A DNA stretch of 61,972 nt, counting the filler, from Circinaria calcarea (lineage: Eukaryota): assembly GCA_051942165.1 (NCBI GenBank). It is 5 parts of 5 records of this genome, joined end to end, with 100 filler letters (N's around TTAATTAATTAA, not from the genome) between each part and the next. Parts side by side here need not be neighbours in the genome. Positions count along the whole stretch, not along the records: positions 49,676 to 61,972 come from JAVECS010000585.1; 4 more parts are not named here. The stretch is one strand, 5' to 3'. The notes under the pieces are model-generated. The model was not told the DNA's origin, made no database searches, and was given only the letters and a program-made list of their open reading frames with translations. Position numbers and translations under genes: made by a program. Positions 58,177-61,972 of the stretch are shown here, one piece after another (within the stretch, counting starts at the first letter, position 1; each line of letters starts with the position of its first letter).

Positions 58177-59402
58177 TTGTTCGAACCTTCCCGCACCTCT
58201 GCTTGAGCTGCTCTGAACCCGCCATCTTCGAGTCTATCTTCACTGAGCAAGAATGCCGTGATGCTTAGGGAAACGACCGGAGACCGGGAGATGAATCTTC
58301 AATGTCGTCCATTTGAATGACGATGCCTCGTTCACGGGGCAACGGAGACACCTCCGGACATCTCAGCTTTCCCGTCCTTGCCATCAGGCTTAGCCTAACC
58401 CGGCAAGAGCTGCTTGCCCATGCCATCTACTACGTAGAGCAAACAGCGGATTGCCCGAAGACAGCATGCGGGCTCTTTGGAATAATCTACTGGGTCAATG
58501 AAAATGAGTCTTAGATTTTTGAGGGAGTACCCCCATAGCCTAGTTGTCTCTTATCGACACCGGCTTTTGCAAGCCAGCATCATATGGATCGCCAATGTGG
58601 TATTCGTCAATATTCTTTCAATGTTGAAACCATAAGCTATAATAATGAGAGTGCAGCTTGGTTAAAGACATAACAACTAACAATAACTCTAAAGTCCAAA
58701 AACAAACTGGAGCTAATGACGTCCTCTGAGGTGTTTGACCTGAGTAATACTCTTGACAAAGGTTTTTAGCCTGACGGGGACGTAACAACTGCCAAAAAGC
58801 ACTGTAGTGACTTAACGCTAAGTTTGTCGCAACTAAGAGCTCAGTTCCGTAGAGGAGTAGTGTTGTGTCTAGATCATTGAGATGAGCCACCGGTGTAAAC
58901 GGATCCCTTTTCCAACCAGATAACATACAGTATCTGTAAAACAAGCCCACATGATCTCAAGTCTTCCTAGCCGATGGTTACTGCTGGAAAATAAACGCTT
59001 TTCCAGTCTCTATATCAATGGTCTCATACACATGGCCGCAAATGGAGAGGGTTTGGAGTACCAGGAACATGCCGCAAAGATGATTGAAACCATATAATTC
59101 TTCTTCCCATTCAAGTAAATTCTATGGTAGTGAGCGGTTGCTAATTAAATACTTCTTGGTGGTTTCGTTAATTAGACAGAGATCACCAGACTACCACAAC
59201 ACTCGTATTCAGTCATGAGAAAACAAGATTACCTCACTATCTAGGAACACTACGCTCAAACTGGTAGCAAAGCACGAAGAAGCGTTCAGAGCTACTTATC
59301 TGTTGCTCAAAAGTGAAAGATATATGAACAGAACCCAGGCAAAATATGATATTCAGATTGCCACACAACTTGACTCCGCAGTGGCCAATTCGATCCCGTC
59401 CC

Positions 59403-59939
59403 TCAGGAGAAACGCAGAAAGCCCTTCCACTTGTTTATCATGCTACCAAACCAGGACCTTTGGGGCGCCTTTTGCAGCTCGCGAATGAGCCCTTCATAAT
59501 ACGTAGGGTTAGAAGCAGGTTTCATAAGGTTGACTGATAGGGGATACTGCAAGGACGTAACTTAATCAGCATGTGGGGCTTAACTCAAATCCACGGGAGC
59601 CTCAACTTTCCTGGTGTACCTATTCTCTAAAAAGGAATACAGTACATTGACCTGTTCGAGTTCCGCCTTATCATCAATGATTACTGGAGTAGGCACTGTC
59701 CCTTGAGCATTATTCGCAATGACATTGTCCTCTCGCCGTTCAGTCGAGGGGAGTAAACGCCGACGAATGCGCTGCTGCATGGCTTTTTGGAAAGAAACCT
59801 CAGGTCTTAACAAATCCACGGGCCATTGCGCAAGTGCACGTTGGTAGTGTTTGTAAGCCAGCTGCGAACGTTGTCATTCAGTAATGATCCCATGGTCAAA
59901 AAGGCGCCTGCCTTGGTTATCACATACTGGTTTAGACAT
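59403..59939 (-). CDS. CBP6: Complex III assembly factor Cbp6/UQCC2, 136 aa (exons 59939-59928, 59861-59607, 59546-59403)
   Basis: MSKP|LAYKHYQRALAQWPVDLLRPEVSFQ...EQVNVLYSFLENRYTRK|YPLS..LMKPASNPTYYE.LI.EL.KAP.RSW; only partly visible in ORF track. Confidence 0.88.
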
Positions 59940-60317
59940 CTTAACATAAATAGGCAGCAGGCTAAACTGTTCAATTGGTATGTTATTAGTTATGGCGTGG
60001 AAGCTGATGGTATCGAGACGAACTAATAATTTGACATCATGAATGACGCTATTCAGCTCTTGGTTTAGACCGAAATTGCCGAACCCGGTGGCGCTGATTT
60101 GCACCAACGACCGAACGACGTCGCAGCATCGGGGGTATGACAAGGCAAGAATCTTCTCTCCCTAGCATTTATCTTGGATTGTTTACTACGAGACGGCCAC
60201 CCAGAAGACTGCGACGACATACGATTTTCAGTGTAAAGGCATCATCGCTCAGTTGACTCGAGAGCGCGCGCTAGTAGACCCTATAGAGGTCAACAAGCAA
60301 ACCAGAGGGTCCACATC

Positions 60318-61613
60318 ATGGTCGCACAGCGATATGAGAGAGTACGTTGTGAGAAGAGGACTTGAACATTCATCATGGACCCATTCTGGGGCTGTCTTCT
60401 CTTCATTCATGTTGCTGATCATGGTTACTTAGGTCCCAGTGAATGAAGGGGATGTCAATCCTGCGACCCTTAGCAATCAAAACCCTCCTCCACCCATCCC
60501 AGCGTCACCTCCACCCTCATTTCGCTCTCACGCATCTTCTCCTCTACTACATCAACCCACTCACTCTTCTCCTGACTCATCCGACGCAGACAGAACACTT
60601 GCTGATACCTTCGGGGATGGCGAGGGAACCGATGGAGAAAGTGATGGTGAAGGAGATGACCGGCAAAGGTTAATGCGAGTATCCGCTTCGAGTGTAGATT
60701 CATCACCAAATGGAGCGGATAGGCCCGGACGGATGCAGAGGAGGATCACTGAGCTACCAACTTTCATATCGCCAGCAAACCGTGGCAATACTAATACAGC
60801 TGCGACCGCAAACACAATTGCTACTCTGACACATAGTAGAGGCGTAACAGTTCCATTATCGTCGTCTAATGACGGAGTCTTTGCCAACCTCGACGCAAAG
60901 CCGGAGCTAGGTGAGAAGACAGAGGAGCAGCCGCCGGTAAGAGAACAGCTTCCCAACGTCTTCATGCTATCAAGGCTAATGACTACTGCCTCTGCAAGTC
61001 ATACGAACAAGCAGCAGCTGATGCAACTCCTCCATATTGGGAAACTACAATATTAGCCCCTGGCTTGGTCTCAGATGAGGTCTATGTCGATGGATTACCT
61101 GTAGGATCATTGTTTTCATTCTTATGGAACAGTGTAATTTCGATGTCTTTTCAGCTAGTTGGCTTTCTCCTCACCTATCTCCTTCACACAACTCACGCAG
61201 CCAAAAACGGATCCCGTGCGGGTCTCGGTATTACCCTCGTGACTTATGGATTTTCCATGAAAAGCTCGTCAACTCGTCGCCAAGGAAACCCGGAACGTCA
61301 ATATGGACAGACACCAGATCCAAATAACCATGAATTTAATCCATCTACGGTATCGGATACGACAGCTGCAGCAGTAGCGTCCATAGCCAACTCACAGCTC
61401 GACGGTGGTAGTGGGAGTTCTGGGAGATCTGACTTCGCTGCGACAGATTGGCTGGCTTACATCTTGATGATTGTTGGTTGGTTCATATTGATTAGGGCAG
61501 TGACGGATTTTATTAGAGCACGACGACACGAGCAGCTTGTTCTACAAAGCCCGGATCGCGGCTTACAGCAACCTGTTGTAGCAGAGGGGGAGCAGTCAGA
61601 TACGATTGTCTAA
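60318..61613 (+). CDS. BSD2: Metal homeostasis protein Bsd2 (Rsp5 adaptor); exons 60318-60341, 60433-60935, 60999-61613
   Basis: NDGVFANLDAKP, PPSYEQAAADATPPYWETT, DGLPVGSLFSF, SFQLVGFLLTYLLHTTHAAKNGSRAGLG, TM helices. Confidence 0.93.
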
Positions 61614-61675
61614 GGCTTACTATAATACCTATTCCAATCAAAATACGTTTTCTAGCCAAGTTATCGTTATATTAA

Positions 61676-61804
61676 TGCCCTGAAACCAAAGAAACGACGT
61701 TGAAGGGTTTAGATTTGGGCACAATCCGGTCCGATCCAAGTGCCCTGAAACGTGGAACGAAGTTAAAGGGTTATAAATCTGGGCACGACCCGGTCCGATC
61801 CGAG
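61676..61804 (+). repeat. Two ~65-bp tandem units near contig end
   Basis: tgccctgaaac...gtt.aagggtt...at.tgggcac.a.ccggtccgatcc.ag at 61676-61740 and 61741-61804. Confidence 0.8.
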
Positions 61805-61972
61805 CAAAATTCTACCGGAGTCTCAGCAGAACATTTAGAGTGGCCGTAAAGGGTTTAGTTTTTTTACGCTTTTCGGCCTAGTTTTCTGTCCATTTTGGGC
61901 CTTAGCTCTTACTTTTATAGGAAGGTCGCAAAATGCTCGATTATACACTCTCCGCGCAAATATTTAGGACTT

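Noticed and set aside
1..61972. tRNA, rRNA, snRNA genes or autonomous transposase/RT ORFs
   Set aside because: None recognisable by eye; tRNAscan-SE and Infernal would be needed to exclude small RNAs.

Overview
Eukaryotic (filamentous ascomycete, Pezizomycotina; possibly a lichen-forming Lecanoromycete, which is inference) genomic DNA made of five unrelated ~12.3 kb contigs joined by artificial 100-nt spacers (N44-TTAATTAATTAA-N44), so adjacency across spacers is meaningless. Contig 1 (1-12332): housekeeping genes eIF2B-delta, glyoxalase II, a DUF1264 protein, RPS29, a BOD1/SHG1-domain protein, a complex I 14 kDa subunit and a partial Sec14/PDR16-like gene. Contig 2 (12433-24758): accessory region with an ankyrin gene broken by a hAT-type MITE, nested foldback/MITE elements, a small Cys-rich secreted protein, orphan genes and partial DPH3. 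Contig 3 (24859-37168): decaying secondary-metabolism/NLR-like region (methyltransferase, frameshifted MFS, PTH11-like receptor, NRPS-like pseudogene cut off at a 220-bp TG..CA repeat, NACHT pseudogene). Contig 4 (37269-49575): SED5 and a giant disordered-protein gene with a probable short/long isoform switch. Contig 5 (49676-61972): VPS4 3' end, prenylcysteine oxidase, a SCOT pseudogene whose last exon is inverted between 12-bp microhomologies, the circadian clock gene frq with a candidate light-response element, CBP6 and BSD2. All gene calls are from motif recognition and manual splicing; no database search was run.
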